In this document: in pieces, positions 1-11,466 of the stretch | Position numbering within the stretch: the first letter of the stretch is position 1 | How the letters are laid out: each line of letters opens with the position of its first letter | From: Candidatus Poribacteria bacterium | GTDB taxonomy: Bacteria; Poribacteria; WGA-4E; PCPOR2b | NCBI GenBank assembly: GCA_965218095.1 | Contig: OZ244587.1 | Span: forward strand, 1,056,001-1,120,000 | DNA: 64,000 nucleotides | Reading direction: 5' to 3' | Notes under the pieces: model-generated | Databases searched by the model: none | Told to the model about the DNA's origin: nothing | Seen by the model: only the letters and a program-made list of their open reading frames with translations | Translations under genes and position numbers: made by a program

Positions 1-60
1 ATTTTAGGGCTGCAATTTTGCGGTCTAATCAGAGTTAGGCAGAATAAGGAGAAGAAAATC

Positions 61-723
61 ATGAGACCAGATTTCTATATCAAGGTGTTGTTTTCAATTA
101 CGCTTGGGATGATGGCAATTCCTTTCCTTGTTGCTGGGCTTCGGGGTCTCAAGACTCAGCGGACTTTCCTGATCTCATCGAGGTGGCCACTTTCAATGAT
201 GCTCGTTTTTTGCATTCCATTACCCTTACTGCCCTTCTTATTTTTGTTTTCGCAACCCATTACCCTCACGAGTTTATCCCCTCTTCTTCTATCCGCGTAT
301 GGCCTTCTGATGACGGTGTGTATCCTTCTGATAGTATGTTACACGATGAAGGGTTACATGGCACTCGGCGTGACATACACGCCACTTTGTGAGGGACTAC
401 TGGCAACGCTCGAAAAGCTACAGTTGCCCTACGAAGAGTCCCTTTCCTTAAGAAGGCTTAGACCTGTTCTCCCAAAACGGCTCATACGGCTGACATCTGT
501 TGAGGCCGACCTACAGGTGTCTATGTGGATGGGAACAGTCCATCTCAAGGTCAAACAGAACCAGCACTATCCCTTGCTCACAGAAATCGCCAACGCGATG
601 AACGGGTATTTCTGCACGTCGTCTGTGTGTACAAATATGATTCCCTTTGCTTTCTATCTGATCACAGGGGGCTTCATGGTTATCCTCGCAATTGGCGCGC
701 TATTCTTTTCAAGCATCCTCTAA
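61..723 (+). CDS. Hypothetical membrane protein carried as an integron-type gene cassette
   Basis: 220-aa ORF with RBS (AAGGAG) and several hydrophobic helices. Preceded by GTTAGGC (34-40); its stop codon lies inside CTCTAAC (718-724). Confidence 0.7.
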   Translation: MRPDFYIKVLFSITLGMMAIPFLVAGLRGLKTQRTFLISSRWPLSMMLVFCIPLPLLPFLFLFSQPITLTSLSPLLLSAYGLLMTVCILLIVCYTMKGYMALGVTYTPLCEGLLATLEKLQLPYEESLSLRRLRPVLPKRLIRLTSVEADLQVSMWMGTVHLKVKQNQHYPLLTEIANAMNGYFCTSSVCTNMIPFAFYLITGGFMVILAIGALFFSSIL

Positions 724-843
724 CCCGCTGTTGCAGCTGATGGCGGGGAACTGCGTTTTTTTGATCAGTTTTTGGAGGCAGGTTTTGGTTTGTCGGACGG
801 TTTTCGGCAAACCCCCGCCGCAACTGAACTTGGGTCGTTAGGT
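718..843 (+). mobile_element. attC recombination site (59-be type)
   Basis: CTCTAAC-CCGCTGTTGCAGCTGATGGCGGGG ... CCCCGCCGCAACTGAACTTGGGTC-GTTAGGT. Imperfect inverted repeat with R''/L'' and L'/R' boxes, overlapping the stop codon. Confidence 0.75.
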
Positions 844-844
844 C

Positions 845-1190
845 CTAATTTCGGCTTGCGGGTGCGTCTGGGTATCTATCAAACAAAACGGATAAGTCGA
901 TATAGTCGTCGTTCTCTAAGAAACTATCCACTACATCTAAGCCGGTCGGAAAATGTGCCACCTTTCCCAACAGTCTAGCTGATTGCTGCATGGGCGGGGT
1001 CTGTTCGTAAACCTGCCGAATCTCCGTGGCATTCTCATCTCATTGTGCCTGGTATTCGGCGTACCCCACCGTATGCATTGTGCTCGATCACCTCGAGCGC
1101 CGGGGCAAGGTCGTCGGGGGAAAAGACGTTGGGCACGACCAGACTGCTGTCGCGCCTCCAGGTTGACAGTTGTTCGTCGGTTAATTGCAT
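845..1190 (-). pseudogene. Phytanoyl-CoA dioxygenase (PhyH)-like N-terminal fragment
   Basis: MQLTDEQLSTWRRDSSLVVPNVFS is a typical PhyH start, with RBS GGAGG. Continues after a frameshift (HFPTGLDVVDSFLENDDY) and ends at the attC boundary. Confidence 0.5.
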
Positions 1191-1311
1191 AGTATCCTCC
1201 TCTGAAGTCGGATGGTGATTTTGCTGCGCCATCGCTAAATGCTTGAGGAAACCCCTTCGTTATCCCGAATGAGCTAATTGCGCGTTGCGTGCTGCGTATT
1301 CCGTAGATTTT

Positions 1312-3297
1312 TCACGCCTCACGCTTCACATACTTCTTGTACCACGCCAACTGACATTTGAGCATATCTAACTTGTGGCGGGGCTCCCCAATGCTGTGAC
1401 CTTCGCGAGGATATTTGACAAATACCGTCTCGACGCCAACGGCTTTGAGACTAGCATAGAATTCCTCCGATTGCGGCAGAGGGACGCGGATGTCTTCCTC
1501 ACCGTGCAGGATAAGAGTCGGAGTTTTGGCAAAGTGCACATAATTTATCGGGGACCGCTCGCGGTAAAGTTCCAATTGCTGTGACGGTGCACCAGCAAAG
1601 TAAAGCCGCATAAAGCTGGGAATATCGGTTTGCGCGTAAAAGCTGACCAGATTGATGACACCGCAGACATCACAAGCAGCTTTGAACCGATCCGTGTGGG
1701 TGACCATCCAGGCCGTCATATAGCCGCCGTAACTTGAGCCACCGACAACCAGACGATCCGGATCGGCGATCCCCTGTTCAATCAGAAAATCAACGCCTGT
1801 CATAATATCCTGATAGTCACTGCCGCCCCAGTCGTTAAGGTTTGCCGTGGCGAAATTGCGTCCATATCCATCGCCGCCGCGGAAGTTCGGCGCGAAGTAG
1901 GCAAAGCCCTCGCCGCTGAAATAGTGCCACGCCGGCTTGAACCCTAAATCGCGTGTACTGCGTGGCCCACCGTGCGGTTCGACAATGAGCGGGTAGCTTT
2001 TCCCCTCCTCATAGCCAGCGGGTAAACAGAGCAAGCCTTCAATCTTAAGCCCGTCGCTGCTCTGCCACTGAATCACTTGCACTTCACCGAGCGCGAAGTT
2101 CTCAAGCTGCGAATTCAGTTTCGTAAGCTGTTTTAGCTTTTCTGTGCGAATAGACCCGACCCACACGTCCCCCGGCGCATCTGACGCACTCCGGGTACAC
2201 AGGAACGTGTCGCCATCATCAGCGAGGGAAACCCCGGCGACGACATAATCGCCGTGGGTGATCTGCCGAATCTCGCTACTCGCTTTCGAGACGGAATAAA
2301 AATGCCAGCGAACCTCATCCATTGCGATGAAGTAGATGGTCTCTCCATCCGGCGACCAGATCGGTGTATCTGCGTTGCGATCAAAATCGGCGGCGGTGAG
2401 GTTTGTTGAGATACCGCCGTCCGCTGAGATGATGTGGAGGTCTTTCTGACCATAACCCTCTGGGCTATGCAGAAATGCGATTTGCGCCCCATCCGATGAC
2501 CAATGCGGCGCACTCTCACCACCATCGTGCGGCGTCAACTTTCGGATCGCCTTCGTCTCAACATTGACGACGTGAACCGTTGCGTTGAACATCGTGTCAT
2601 CCGCTTTCGGCGAAGGCGCAGAGACAAAGACAAACTGTTTTCCATCCGGCGACCATTGCGGCTCGCTGACATGGAAATCCCCTTCCGTCAATCGCTGAGA
2701 TTTGTCCTTCCTGGCATTTTCGCCTGTTTCTTTCTCCGGTAAAGTAAAGAGCAGTTCGGGTTCCTCGTCCGTCGTTTCGAGGTCAATAACCCACAGATGT
2801 GTCTGCTTGAAATCATCCACCCCGATGACCACCGGGTCATCTCTGGCTTTCTTCCGTTTCGCCTCTGTCTTGCTGTCCTTCTCCTCCATCAGAAATGCAA
2901 TCCGCTTTCCGTCAGGCGACCAACTCGGATTTGACGCGCTGTTTTTCGCATAGGTCAGTTGTTTCGCCTCACCGCCAGCAATCGGGATGATCCAGATCTG
3001 ATTTTCGTCGCCCTCCCGTTTTGAGACGAAGGCAAGTTGCGTACTATCAGGCGACCATTGCGGATAGCTGTCTCCGCTGGGGCTGTTCGTCAACTGGAAC
3101 GGATCGCCACCATCAGTTGAAACAAGCCAGATATGGCCCCGGTGTTCGCTCTTTTCCGCTTCGAGAACAGGGATGGTTCGGACAAACACCGCCCATTTGC
3201 TATCCGGCGAGATGACTATCCGGCCGAGGACTTTCATCGCGACGATATTTTCTGGCTGAAGCGTTTTCAGTTTTTGACGTTCTTGATTGTCACCCAT
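1312..3297 (-). CDS. S9 family peptidase (acylaminoacyl/dipeptidyl peptidase) with PD40 propeller
   Basis: WSPD repeats, HGGP, GSSYGG nucleophile, D-I-R-V and EGH triad residues. Start chosen at MGDNQ after RBS GGAGG. Confidence 0.9.
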   Translation of the reverse strand: MGDNQERQKLKTLQPENIVAMKVLGRIVISPDSKWAVFVRTIPVLEAEKSEHRGHIWLVSTDGGDPFQLTNSPSGDSYPQWSPDSTQLAFVSKREGDENQIWIIPIAGGEAKQLTYAKNSASNPSWSPDGKRIAFLMEEKDSKTEAKRKKARDDPVVIGVDDFKQTHLWVIDLETTDEEPELLFTLPEKETGENARKDKSQRLTEGDFHVSEPQWSPDGKQFVFVSAPSPKADDTMFNATVHVVNVETKAIRKLTPHDGGESAPHWSSDGAQIAFLHSPEGYGQKDLHIISADGGISTNLTAADFDRNADTPIWSPDGETIYFIAMDEVRWHFYSVSKASSEIRQITHGDYVVAGVSLADDGDTFLCTRSASDAPGDVWVGSIRTEKLKQLTKLNSQLENFALGEVQVIQWQSSDGLKIEGLLCLPAGYEEGKSYPLIVEPHGGPRSTRDLGFKPAWHYFSGEGFAYFAPNFRGGDGYGRNFATANLNDWGGSDYQDIMTGVDFLIEQGIADPDRLVVGGSSYGGYMTAWMVTHTDRFKAACDVCGVINLVSFYAQTDIPSFMRLYFAGAPSQQLELYRERSPINYVHFAKTPTLILHGEEDIRVPLPQSEEFYASLKAVGVETVFVKYPREGHSIGEPRHKLDMLKCQLAWYKKYVKREA

Positions 3298-3502
3298 AAT
3301 GTTCCTCCAATTCCGTGAAATTCCAAGATTGCTCCCATTGACCGTGCAAATATCATAACACAATTTGGTCATGATGTCGATGACTGATGAACGAAGTTTG
3401 CGAATCTTTTCATCTTGATCCCCACTCTGTTTTCTGCTACAATATCTTTCATCAGATCCCACACAACATCAAAATCCTAGGATTGATTGAAGGAGCGGAT
3501 AT

Positions 3503-5434
3503 ATGACTCAACCTCAAGTGGCGCCTTACGGCTCATGGAAATCGCCCATCACCTCGGACCTGATCGGGACTGAAACGCTCAGGTTGGGAGAAATCGCATC
3601 CGATGGAGTGGACATCTACTGGACCGAGATGCGGCCGGCAGAAGGGGGGCGGAACGTCATCGTTAGACGGGCACCGGACGGGAATACCATCGATATGACG
3701 CCAGCCGCTTTCAATGTTCGCACCCGCGTTCACGAGTATGGCGGCGGGGCTTTCGTGGTTGGCGATGGCACCACCTACTTTTCAAACTTCACGGATCAAC
3801 GCCTCTATCGTCAGCTTTCCGGCGCCGAACCACAGCCGATTACCGCTGAATCAGATCTACGCTATGCCGATGGCGTGATTGACCGTCACCGAAAGCGGCT
3901 TATCTGCGTGCGCGAAGACCATACCGCCGCCGCAGGCGAAGCTGTCAATACGCTGGTCAACCTTGGGCTTGAAGGAAACGACGGCGGACAGGTTCTTGTC
4001 AGCGGAAACGATTTTTACGCATCGCCGCGCCTCAGCCCCGATGGCGCGCGTCTGGCGTGGATTACCTGGAACCATCCGAATATGCCGTGGGACGGCACCG
4101 AGCTTTGGGTCGGTGAGTTCAAAGCGGACAGCTTGCTTCATAACACCGAGCGAGTGGCGGGCGGGGTTGATGAATCGATCTTCCAGCCGGAGTGGTCGCC
4201 AGATGGTACGCTGTATTTTGTCTCCGATCGGACGGGCTGGTGGAATCTCTACCGGTTTCGCGATGGGATGGTCGAGCCGCTATGCAGGATGGCGGGGGAG
4301 TTCGGAAGCCCACAATGGAGATTTGGAATGTCCACCTACGCATTTGAGTCCGCCAATCGCATCATCTGCACCTACACCCAAAACGGAACCGGGCATCTGG
4401 CAAGTCTGGACACTGTGACGCGGAAGCTGGAGCGGATTGAGACCCCTTACTCATCAATTACAAGTCTCCAAGCTGTTCCCAGCGGTATCGTTTTCAGCGG
4501 CGACTCCCCGACAGAACCGTCGTCAATTGTCCGTCTTGATCTTGCCAAAGGGCAATTCGACATCTTGCACCGCTCAAGCGAAATAGTGATTGATGCAGGA
4601 TACTTCTCTATCCCGCAAGCGGTTGAGTTCCCAACTGAGGGTAGACTGACAGCCCACGCCTTCTTCTATCCACCATGCAATCGTGATTACATCGCGCCTG
4701 CTGGCGAGCGGCCGTCACTGCTCGTGACTAGTCACGGTGGCCCAACCGGAGCAACTTCGACCACGCTCGACTTGTCGATTCAATATTGGACGAGCCGCGG
4801 CATTGCAGTCCTCGATGTGAATTATGGCGGTAGCACCGGCTATGGTCGCACCTATCGACAGCGGCTCAATGGTCAGTGGGGTATCGTTGACGTCAATGAT
4901 TGTGTGAACGGTGCTCGCTATCTTGTCGAGCGTGGGGAGGTGGACGGCAATCAGTTGGCAATTCGGGGAGGAAGCGCAGGCGGCTACACGACACTCTCGG
5001 CGCTGACTTTTCGTGACGTTTTCAAAGCGGGTGCTAGCTACTACGGGATCAGTGACCTTGAGGCACTGGCAAAGGAGACGCACAAGTTTGAATCCCGCTA
5101 TCTGGATAGCATGATCGGCCCCTATCCTGAACAACGCGATCGCTACCGAGAACGCTCACCGATTCATTCTACCGATCGCCTTTCCTGTCCGCTGATTCTC
5201 TTTCAGGGGCTTGAGGATAAAGTCGTTCCCCCCAATCAGGCGGAGTCGATGGTCGAAGCGTTGCGAGCGAAGGGGCTGCCAGTCGCTTATATCCCGTTTG
5301 AAGGCGAACAGCACGGATTCCGTCGCAGCGAGAATATCCGGCGATCGCTCGAAGCGGAATTGTATTTTTACGCGAGGGTCTTTGGCTTTGAGATTGCAGA
5401 TTCCGTGGAGCCAGTGACCATAGAGAACCTCTAA
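3503..5434 (+). CDS. S9 family peptidase (DAP2/acylaminoacyl peptidase)
   Basis: [11 protein letters not shown]-terminus, HGGP, GGSAGG, DKVV and EQHGF motifs. Confidence 0.92.
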   Translation: MTQPQVAPYGSWKSPITSDLIGTETLRLGEIASDGVDIYWTEMRPAEGGRNVIVRRAPDGNTIDMTPAAFNVRTRVHEYGGGAFVVGDGTTYFSNFTDQRLYRQLSGAEPQPITAESDLRYADGVIDRHRKRLICVREDHTAAAGEAVNTLVNLGLEGNDGGQVLVSGNDFYASPRLSPDGARLAWITWNHPNMPWDGTELWVGEFKADSLLHNTERVAGGVDESIFQPEWSPDGTLYFVSDRTGWWNLYRFRDGMVEPLCRMAGEFGSPQWRFGMSTYAFESANRIICTYTQNGTGHLASLDTVTRKLERIETPYSSITSLQAVPSGIVFSGDSPTEPSSIVRLDLAKGQFDILHRSSEIVIDAGYFSIPQAVEFPTEGRLTAHAFFYPPCNRDYIAPAGERPSLLVTSHGGPTGATSTTLDLSIQYWTSRGIAVLDVNYGGSTGYGRTYRQRLNGQWGIVDVNDCVNGARYLVERGEVDGNQLAIRGGSAGGYTTLSALTFRDVFKAGASYYGISDLEALAKETHKFESRYLDSMIGPYPEQRDRYRERSPIHSTDRLSCPLILFQGLEDKVVPPNQAESMVEALRAKGLPVAYIPFEGEQHGFRRSENIRRSLEAELYFYARVFGFEIADSVEPVTIENL

Positions 5435-5482
5435 ACAACAGCACTGTTTGACTTCTTCAGATTCAGGTAGGAAGAATATGAT

Positions 5483-6331
5483 ATGAGCAAAATACTGATT
5501 ACCGGAACCAGCGGATTCATCGGTCGCGTACTCGCCCAATCAATGGCTCAAAACCACGAAGTTGTCTGTCTATCCAGGCGGAAAACGGAAGTGGAGAGCG
5601 TGACGGCAATCCGGGGGGATTTTACGTCACCTGATGACCTGCAAAAACTGAAACCTCACAAAATCGACGTCGTGATTCATCTTGCGGCAGTAACGGGTCG
5701 GGGCAGCGAAGCGGAACAATTGCGGGTCAATGTCCTGGGCACGTACCAACTCTTGCGACATTTTATTAATCGGGGCTGTAAAAAGTTTGTTTTGGCGAGT
5801 TCGATTGCGGCTGTCGGATTTCAGTCACCAAGGTTCAGACCGTTGCACTTGCCGATGCCCGACGAACATCCCTGTCTGGATCGGATGGGGTATGGCTTTT
5901 CCAAGTACATGATGGAAGAGTTGACGCGTTACCTGTCGCGGCAGAATGAAGGCCTGAATTTCATCAACATACGCCTTGCGAGCATCGCCCGGGATGATCG
6001 CAAGCTGACGCCCAGAAAGGCGGGGCCCGTCGGGGAATAGTCAATGGGGTCTCTTTCATACATGTACCTCAGCGATACTGTTCGCTGTTTGACGATGGCT
6101 GCCGAAGTCCCCCACAAACCGGGTGTGCGCATCATGAACGCGGTGGGGACGCAAGCTTGTGCTGAAGATACCGTCCCCGAAATTATCCACGCCTGGTATG
6201 GGGAAGACGCCGATAAGATTGATCTAACCCACTACGAGCGCCCCGGCCATGAAAGAGATTCTGTGTACGAGATTAGCCAAATCGAGCAAGAATTGGGCTT
6301 TGTGCCTGAACGGAGTGTGCTGGCGAAATGA
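5483..6331 (+). pseudogene. NAD-dependent epimerase/dehydratase with one internal TAG
   Basis: GTSGFIG and YGFSK motifs. In-frame TAG at 6038-6040; the same frame continues to 6331. Confidence 0.8.
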
Positions 6332-6479
6332 TGGATGCCGAACCCTAAATTGTTTCTGGTACTCCGAGGGTAACTGTTCAGGTCCCATGTTTGTTCGGCC
6401 GCATATAACAGCGAATCTTAGGATTAAACGAATCGGCGCACGATTTTGAGTCCAAATTCGATGAATCCTTTCATGCGTT

Positions 6480-7942
6480 GTCATACCCACAAAGGGTAAG
6501 TGAACAGTTACCATCACACCCTTGATTTGCCGCTCATTGAGACCGCGCTCACGAAGATATTCTTGGGCAATCAACTTATTGTGCGGCTTTGAGGAATGGT
6601 TACTGTTTGCGGGTCATCGGTTGATGGAATCTTCCTTCTCCCCGTCGCATTCGCCTTTTCGATATAACGGCGAACGCTTTCCCAATCCATATCATCAAGC
6701 GTCGCTCTTGTAAACAGGAAGACGTCGAGACTCATGCCTGTTGATGCCAGATGGACTTGTGCGATCTCCTGTGGCGTCATGACTCGGTTGCTTTCGGAAC
6801 GCGCCGAAAACACCGTCCCCGAACGGAGACCGGTTTCATCGGAAATTCCTTAATCCGTATCACCGCGACCTGTTTTTCGTCGGGCGCCACAGATTCTATC
6901 TCCGGAATGACACGCGGTTTGGTCGTTTGGGAGATCTGATTTTACTAGGTTCTGTTGACATTTGAGTATAAGGTTGTGGCATAATAGAAGAATGACGCCA
7001 ATAACCTTACCCGATGAACAATGGAATAAGATATACCGGTTTCTTCTTAGCTGTCCCACCATCTATGTTGGCGACGAAGCTGCTACACGCCGCTTCGTCG
7101 AAGCCGTCCTGTGGGTGACTCGTAGCGGGGCTCAATGGAGACTTCTACCAGACACCTATGGCAAATGGAACACCCGCTACAAGCGGTTTGCTCGATGGTG
7201 CGACAAAGGTATCTTCACACAGATCCACCACCACTTCGCCTCTGACCCCGATATCGAGTCGCTTATTGTGGACAGTACAATCTGCCGCGCTCACCCGTCT
7301 GCGGCGGGCGCCTTAAAAAAAACGGTGGAACTGAAAACCAAGCATTAGGTCGGTCTCGGGGCGGTTTCAGTACAAAAAATCACATCACAGTTGACGGACT
7401 AGGCAATCCCCTAAGAATTCATCTGACCCCCGGTCAGAGACATGACATAACTGAGGCGGAAGGGTTGATAATCGGATATAATAGTGAATATGTGATTGGA
7501 GACAAGGGGTACGATTCGGACGCTTTTATCGCGGTTATTGAGGCGAATGGAGCAATTGCGGTGATACCACCAAAAAGTCATCGTGTTGACCAAAGAACGT
7601 ATGACAAACGCTTATACAAAGAGAGACATCGGGTTGAATGTTTCATCAACAAGATAAAATGGTATCGTCGTATCTTCTCTCGGTTTGAGAAGCTAGCTGT
7701 CCGTTATTTTGGATTTCTCAGCTTTGTCGCCACTCTTATATGGCTCCCTTGAAATGTCAACAGAACCTAGTTGACAAGCGTCTCTTTACTGACAGAGATA
7801 CCTTTGACCTGTCCCGCGTCATCGACGCTGATGAGGATGACACCGCCATTGGTATCGGCAAAAGCAACCGCCATCTCGACAGCTTCTCTGTCGTGCTTTC
7901 CCCTTGGGTGATGAGTTGTGTGATTTCAGAAGCCACAGTCAA
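6480..7942 (-). pseudogene. Schlafen/AlbA_2-RecG-like ATP-binding protein, fragmented and interrupted by IS5
   Basis: Fragments ITQLITQGESTTE, RSESNRVMTPQEI...ATLDDMDWESVRRY and ERGLNERQIKGV on both sides of the IS, with frameshifts. Confidence 0.6.
6948..7767 (+). mobile_element. IS5-family element, copy 1 (split transposase, -1 frameshift)
   Basis: Perfect IR GGTTCTGTTGACATTT in a CTAG context. orfA (GAQWRLLP, YGKWNT) overlaps orfB (GDKGYDSD, YKERHRVE) at an A8 run near 7315-7322. Confidence 0.93.
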
Positions 7943-8026
7943 ACTTCCTTACGCTTTTTCAGTATGCTGATAGCCCCGCTTGGCACAATAAATCGGGCAG
8001 TGTTTTATCTGGTCATAGCACATCAT

Positions 8027-8058
8027 AAAAAAGCACCGGGACATCCCGATGCTTTTTT
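8027..8058. terminator. Bidirectional intrinsic terminator
   Basis: AAAAAAGCACCGGG-ACAT-CCCGATGCTTTTTT downstream of the NIPSNAP gene. Confidence 0.75.
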
Positions 8059-8092
8059 GCTTCCACTCGACGAATCATAGTTGAGTATGTCT

Positions 8093-8413
8093 CTACTGGA
8101 TGACCGACCGGGGGGTAGCTTCGAGGCGGGTGACTTTAATCTGTGAACGATCCATCATGTCGGGAATGTGGGGAGCGATTTCGTCCTTCCAGTAGTCACT
8201 TTCGTAGACCGCTTGATACAGTTGTTCCCGCTGCTCCTCGTTCTCAAAGCGGCGAATCCAGATGTACAAATCTTCTTCTTCCTCACCGACAAAGCTTCCC
8301 AAGACCGCCATCCCTTTCGAGATCTGAAAGGGGATAATCTGCTCCTCCATAAACTTTACCCAATTTTCTTCCTGCCCCGGTTTCATCCGGTACTGACGAA
8401 GCTCAAAAAACAT
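8093..8413 (-). CDS. NIPSNAP family protein
   Basis: FFELRQY...YIWIRRF...L.ATPRS pattern; RBS AAGGAG. Confidence 0.85.
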   Translation of the reverse strand: MFFELRQYRMKPGQEENWVKFMEEQIIPFQISKGMAVLGSFVGEEEEDLYIWIRRFENEEQREQLYQAVYESDYWKDEIAPHIPDMMDRSQIKVTRLEATPRSVIQ

Positions 8414-8691
8414 ATCAATCTATCTCCTTTACTTTTGTCTGTTGGTCACACTGGGGTTTGACGAATCCACGCTACAACTGATGGATTTGGCAATCCATCT
8501 GGAGCAGCGGGGGTCTACTATCTTTTTGATCACTACACATTATACCAAAATCTCATCAAGAAGAAAATTAAAAAGCGCCGAGGTCTGCTTCTGGCGGATG
8601 GAATTTTTCCAGGGGATAGGGGCTTCGGTTCATTTGGTGTACAGCGAAAAATTTCCACAGATTCAGAACGGAGGGGGCTAACAAAATCACG

Positions 8692-9255
8692 CTATTGGCA
8701 GATCTGCTGATCAATTAAATCGAAGACCACTTGTATCTTCTCTTCAGTCATCTGTCTGAGTGGCTGCACCAATCGAATTCGTCCCGATCGACCAATCAGC
8801 ACAAGAGTAAGCTGTTTCGCAGCCATTCCATACTGTCTGGAGACTTTGCCATCCCAATCCAGCAGGATGCTCGACGAATTTGACTTATCCCTATCATTGC
8901 GGAGTTCGGCTTTAATTCTCTCTTTTAGAAACAGGCGTGCAAAGAAAGGGAGACCCGATCCGTTGGCGATAGGGAGAATCTGCAGGCTGTCGGTATACCG
9001 GTCAAGGAATGGATCAAGCCACGTCTCTCCTTGACTAATGTTATCCTTATCAAACCCCAACAGCAATACATTTTCCCCTCGAAATTGAAGCAACCGGAAT
9101 TCGGTATCGTACTGATCTTTGAGGGTGAAATCGGTTGCTATTGTCCCGGGATCGGAGACGATAAGGAAAGGTGTTCCACACGCGAAGAAAACAAACAGGA
9201 AACACCAAATCCACAGATGTATTGCGTATTGGGTATCGCGTGAGAATATTTGCAC
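8692..9255 (-). CDS. Redoxin/thioredoxin-fold exported protein without a CxxC motif
   Basis: N-terminal hydrophobic segment, ATDFTLKDQY and ILLDWDG...YG motifs. Confidence 0.6.
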   Translation of the reverse strand: MQIFSRDTQYAIHLWIWCFLFVFFACGTPFLIVSDPGTIATDFTLKDQYDTEFRLLQFRGENVLLLGFDKDNISQGETWLDPFLDRYTDSLQILPIANGSGLPFFARLFLKERIKAELRNDRDKSNSSSILLDWDGKVSRQYGMAAKQLTLVLIGRSGRIRLVQPLRQMTEEKIQVVFDLIDQQICQ

Positions 9256-10410
9256 TTAATCAGACCAAATGGGTGTTAACACTTTCATCAGTTGAAGTAA
9301 ACTGTCCAGGTTGTGAGCCGGCAAAAAATAGTCGACATACGGCAGCGCCGTGCGTATGCCGCGACAAATCGGCTGATACCCTTCACTGCCGAGCAGAGGG
9401 TTCAACCAGATTAGCTTATATGCTTGGCGATGCAGCACCTCCATCCCCTTCTGGAGAACATCCGCTTCGCCCCGGTCCCAACCGTCACTGATTAAAATGA
9501 CCACAGATCTGTACGCCGAGAAAGACCGTCCAAACTCGCGGTTGAAGGCGACGATGCTTTCACCGATTCTCGTTCCTCCTGACCAATCGGGTACAACTTG
9601 AGCGACTTCGCGGAGCCCCTCTTCGATTCCCTTTCGGCGGAGGAGTCCGGTAATGTTCGTGAGCTGTGTACTAAAGACCGCGATTTCGACTTCCTCAATC
9701 GCCTGTTGCATCCCGTAGATAAACTGAATCAGGAAGGTGGAATAGTAATCCATCGATCCACTGACATCGCAGAGCAACAGGATCTTGTTTTTCTTGACCT
9801 TTTGACGCTTCCGGATCAATTTCAGCAGCTCCCCGCCGTAGGCGATGTTTTTACGCCAACTCCGTCGAAAATCGATTGTCTTCCCTTTGGTACTGGTCTT
9901 CTTCCGACAGCTCAGTTTTGTTGCCAACAATGGAACAAGTTTAGCGATAACCTCTCGCGCTTTTTGCATCTCCTCCGCTGTGAACTGGCCGAAATCCTTT
10001 TGGGTCAAAACCCTCTCGGCACTATAGGCAATTGTATCCTCTTCCCCTTCCTCTTTATCGTCCTCCATTTCTGTCCACTGGTCTAGGTTTACCACTGTTT
10101 CTTCGGCATTGATCAGATCTTCGAGAGACATCATTTGCTCGTCGTCCGTCTCAAGCCCCAACTCCTGTAAGTCAGGACGCGGATATCGCCAGAACCAGTC
10201 AAAAGCGGTATCAAATAACGCCCGATCCGATTCATTGGCAATCAGGTTCATTTTGGCGGCGTCGTAGAAATCTTTTTGTTGTCCAATATCGATTAATTCA
10301 ACACTTCGGCAGAAACTGATCTGATTCGTTGTGGTAACATTCACGCCCATCTGCTTGAGCAACCGGCAGAAGGCGGTAATTTCTTGAAGGAGCGGTTGTT
10401 GATTGGTCAT
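9256..10410 (-). CDS. VWA-domain CoxE-like protein
   Basis: DVSGSM, WSGGTRIG, ISDGWD and LIWLNPLL motifs. Confidence 0.88.
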   Translation of the reverse strand: MTNQQPLLQEITAFCRLLKQMGVNVTTTNQISFCRSVELIDIGQQKDFYDAAKMNLIANESDRALFDTAFDWFWRYPRPDLQELGLETDDEQMMSLEDLINAEETVVNLDQWTEMEDDKEEGEEDTIAYSAERVLTQKDFGQFTAEEMQKAREVIAKLVPLLATKLSCRKKTSTKGKTIDFRRSWRKNIAYGGELLKLIRKRQKVKKNKILLLCDVSGSMDYYSTFLIQFIYGMQQAIEEVEIAVFSTQLTNITGLLRRKGIEEGLREVAQVVPDWSGGTRIGESIVAFNREFGRSFSAYRSVVILISDGWDRGEADVLQKGMEVLHRQAYKLIWLNPLLGSEGYQPICRGIRTALPYVDYFLPAHNLDSLLQLMKVLTPIWSD

Positions 10411-10480
10411 AGGTCAAATCCGAACAGAATTTACTAGATTTTTAGGATAAAAGAAATCGAGAGTGCGCGTCAATATTTTT

Positions 10481-10675
10481 TTATTGCTCGTGATGCGTTA
10501 AGTGGTTTATATGATTCTGATTGAGTTTGCTGATTTCCGATCGAACCTCACTGATTTCCTCTCGGACACCTGTGATTTGTTGATTCATTTCAGATCGGAT
10601 GCCAGCGATTTCGGTGCGGACTTCCGTGATTTGCTGATTCACTTGTGAGATGACTTCGGCAAACCGCTTGTCCAT
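10481..10675 (-). CDS. Short coiled-coil protein, possibly a fragment
   Basis: Repeated NQQIT.VR.EI heptads. Confidence 0.5.
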   Translation of the reverse strand: MDKRFAEVISQVNQQITEVRTEIAGIRSEMNQQITGVREEISEVRSEISKLNQNHINHLTHHEQ

Positions 10676-10715
10676 CTGATTCTGATGAATCCGCCCGTAA
10701 CAACTTATTAAAGTA

Positions 10716-11354
10716 TTAGAGAATCACCGTTCTAAATGTTAGCGATACCCTACGCTGCCTCTCATGCGTTTGGCCTGCCCACTAATCTAATTTTCTGGGA
10801 GCAATACCGTGCAACCACTCATATCTAGCTTTATCACTCAATACAATAATACTCCTTGGCGCAAGCCAGACAGGAATCTTTTTTGTCTTGTCAAATTTGT
10901 TTGTGAAATCCATAATACAATCTGAACCTAAACTCAAAGAGACAATCCTATCCCCAAAACAAGGTTCACAATCAACATGACTTGAAATCCCTTGCCCTGG
11001 TTTGTATTCATTGACAATAACTTAATCCGCATCTGCTAGCATGTAACCATCTTCATGTAATCTTCGACCAAGTGTTTGCAGCCACTTTGGCAAATGACCA
11101 ATGCGCATATCAAGGTTCACCTTCCGCGCTCTGTAGTCGTACTTGAAACCGTAATGCTGAACACGCCGCCTTAGATCTTTGAGCCACTGTTCTTTGTCAA
11201 TCTGAGCTAACAACCAACGATGCTCACTTTCACTGATGTAGTCTTCTATATACTTGAACCCTTTGATTGCATCAATAGCTTCCTCATTTCTTGGGGGAGG
11301 TTGGGGTTGAGGAGATTGCTGCTCATTTAAGGAAAAGAGGTATAGTTGTTGCAT
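10716..11354 (-). pseudogene. AlkB-like 2OG-Fe(II) dioxygenase
   Basis: RRVQHYGFKY, then after a TAA: IVNEYKPGQGISSHVD, RYEWLHGI and RVSLTFR. Two stops and a frameshift. Confidence 0.85.
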
Positions 11355-11466
11355 TGGTCGGTCCTCCTTGAGTCGAATTTACTCGTTGCAAAGCAGATCA
11401 TAGTAGACATTGGCATCGCGAAGGGAGCCATCTGTTAGCGTACGATAACAAAACCACTGGACATTT

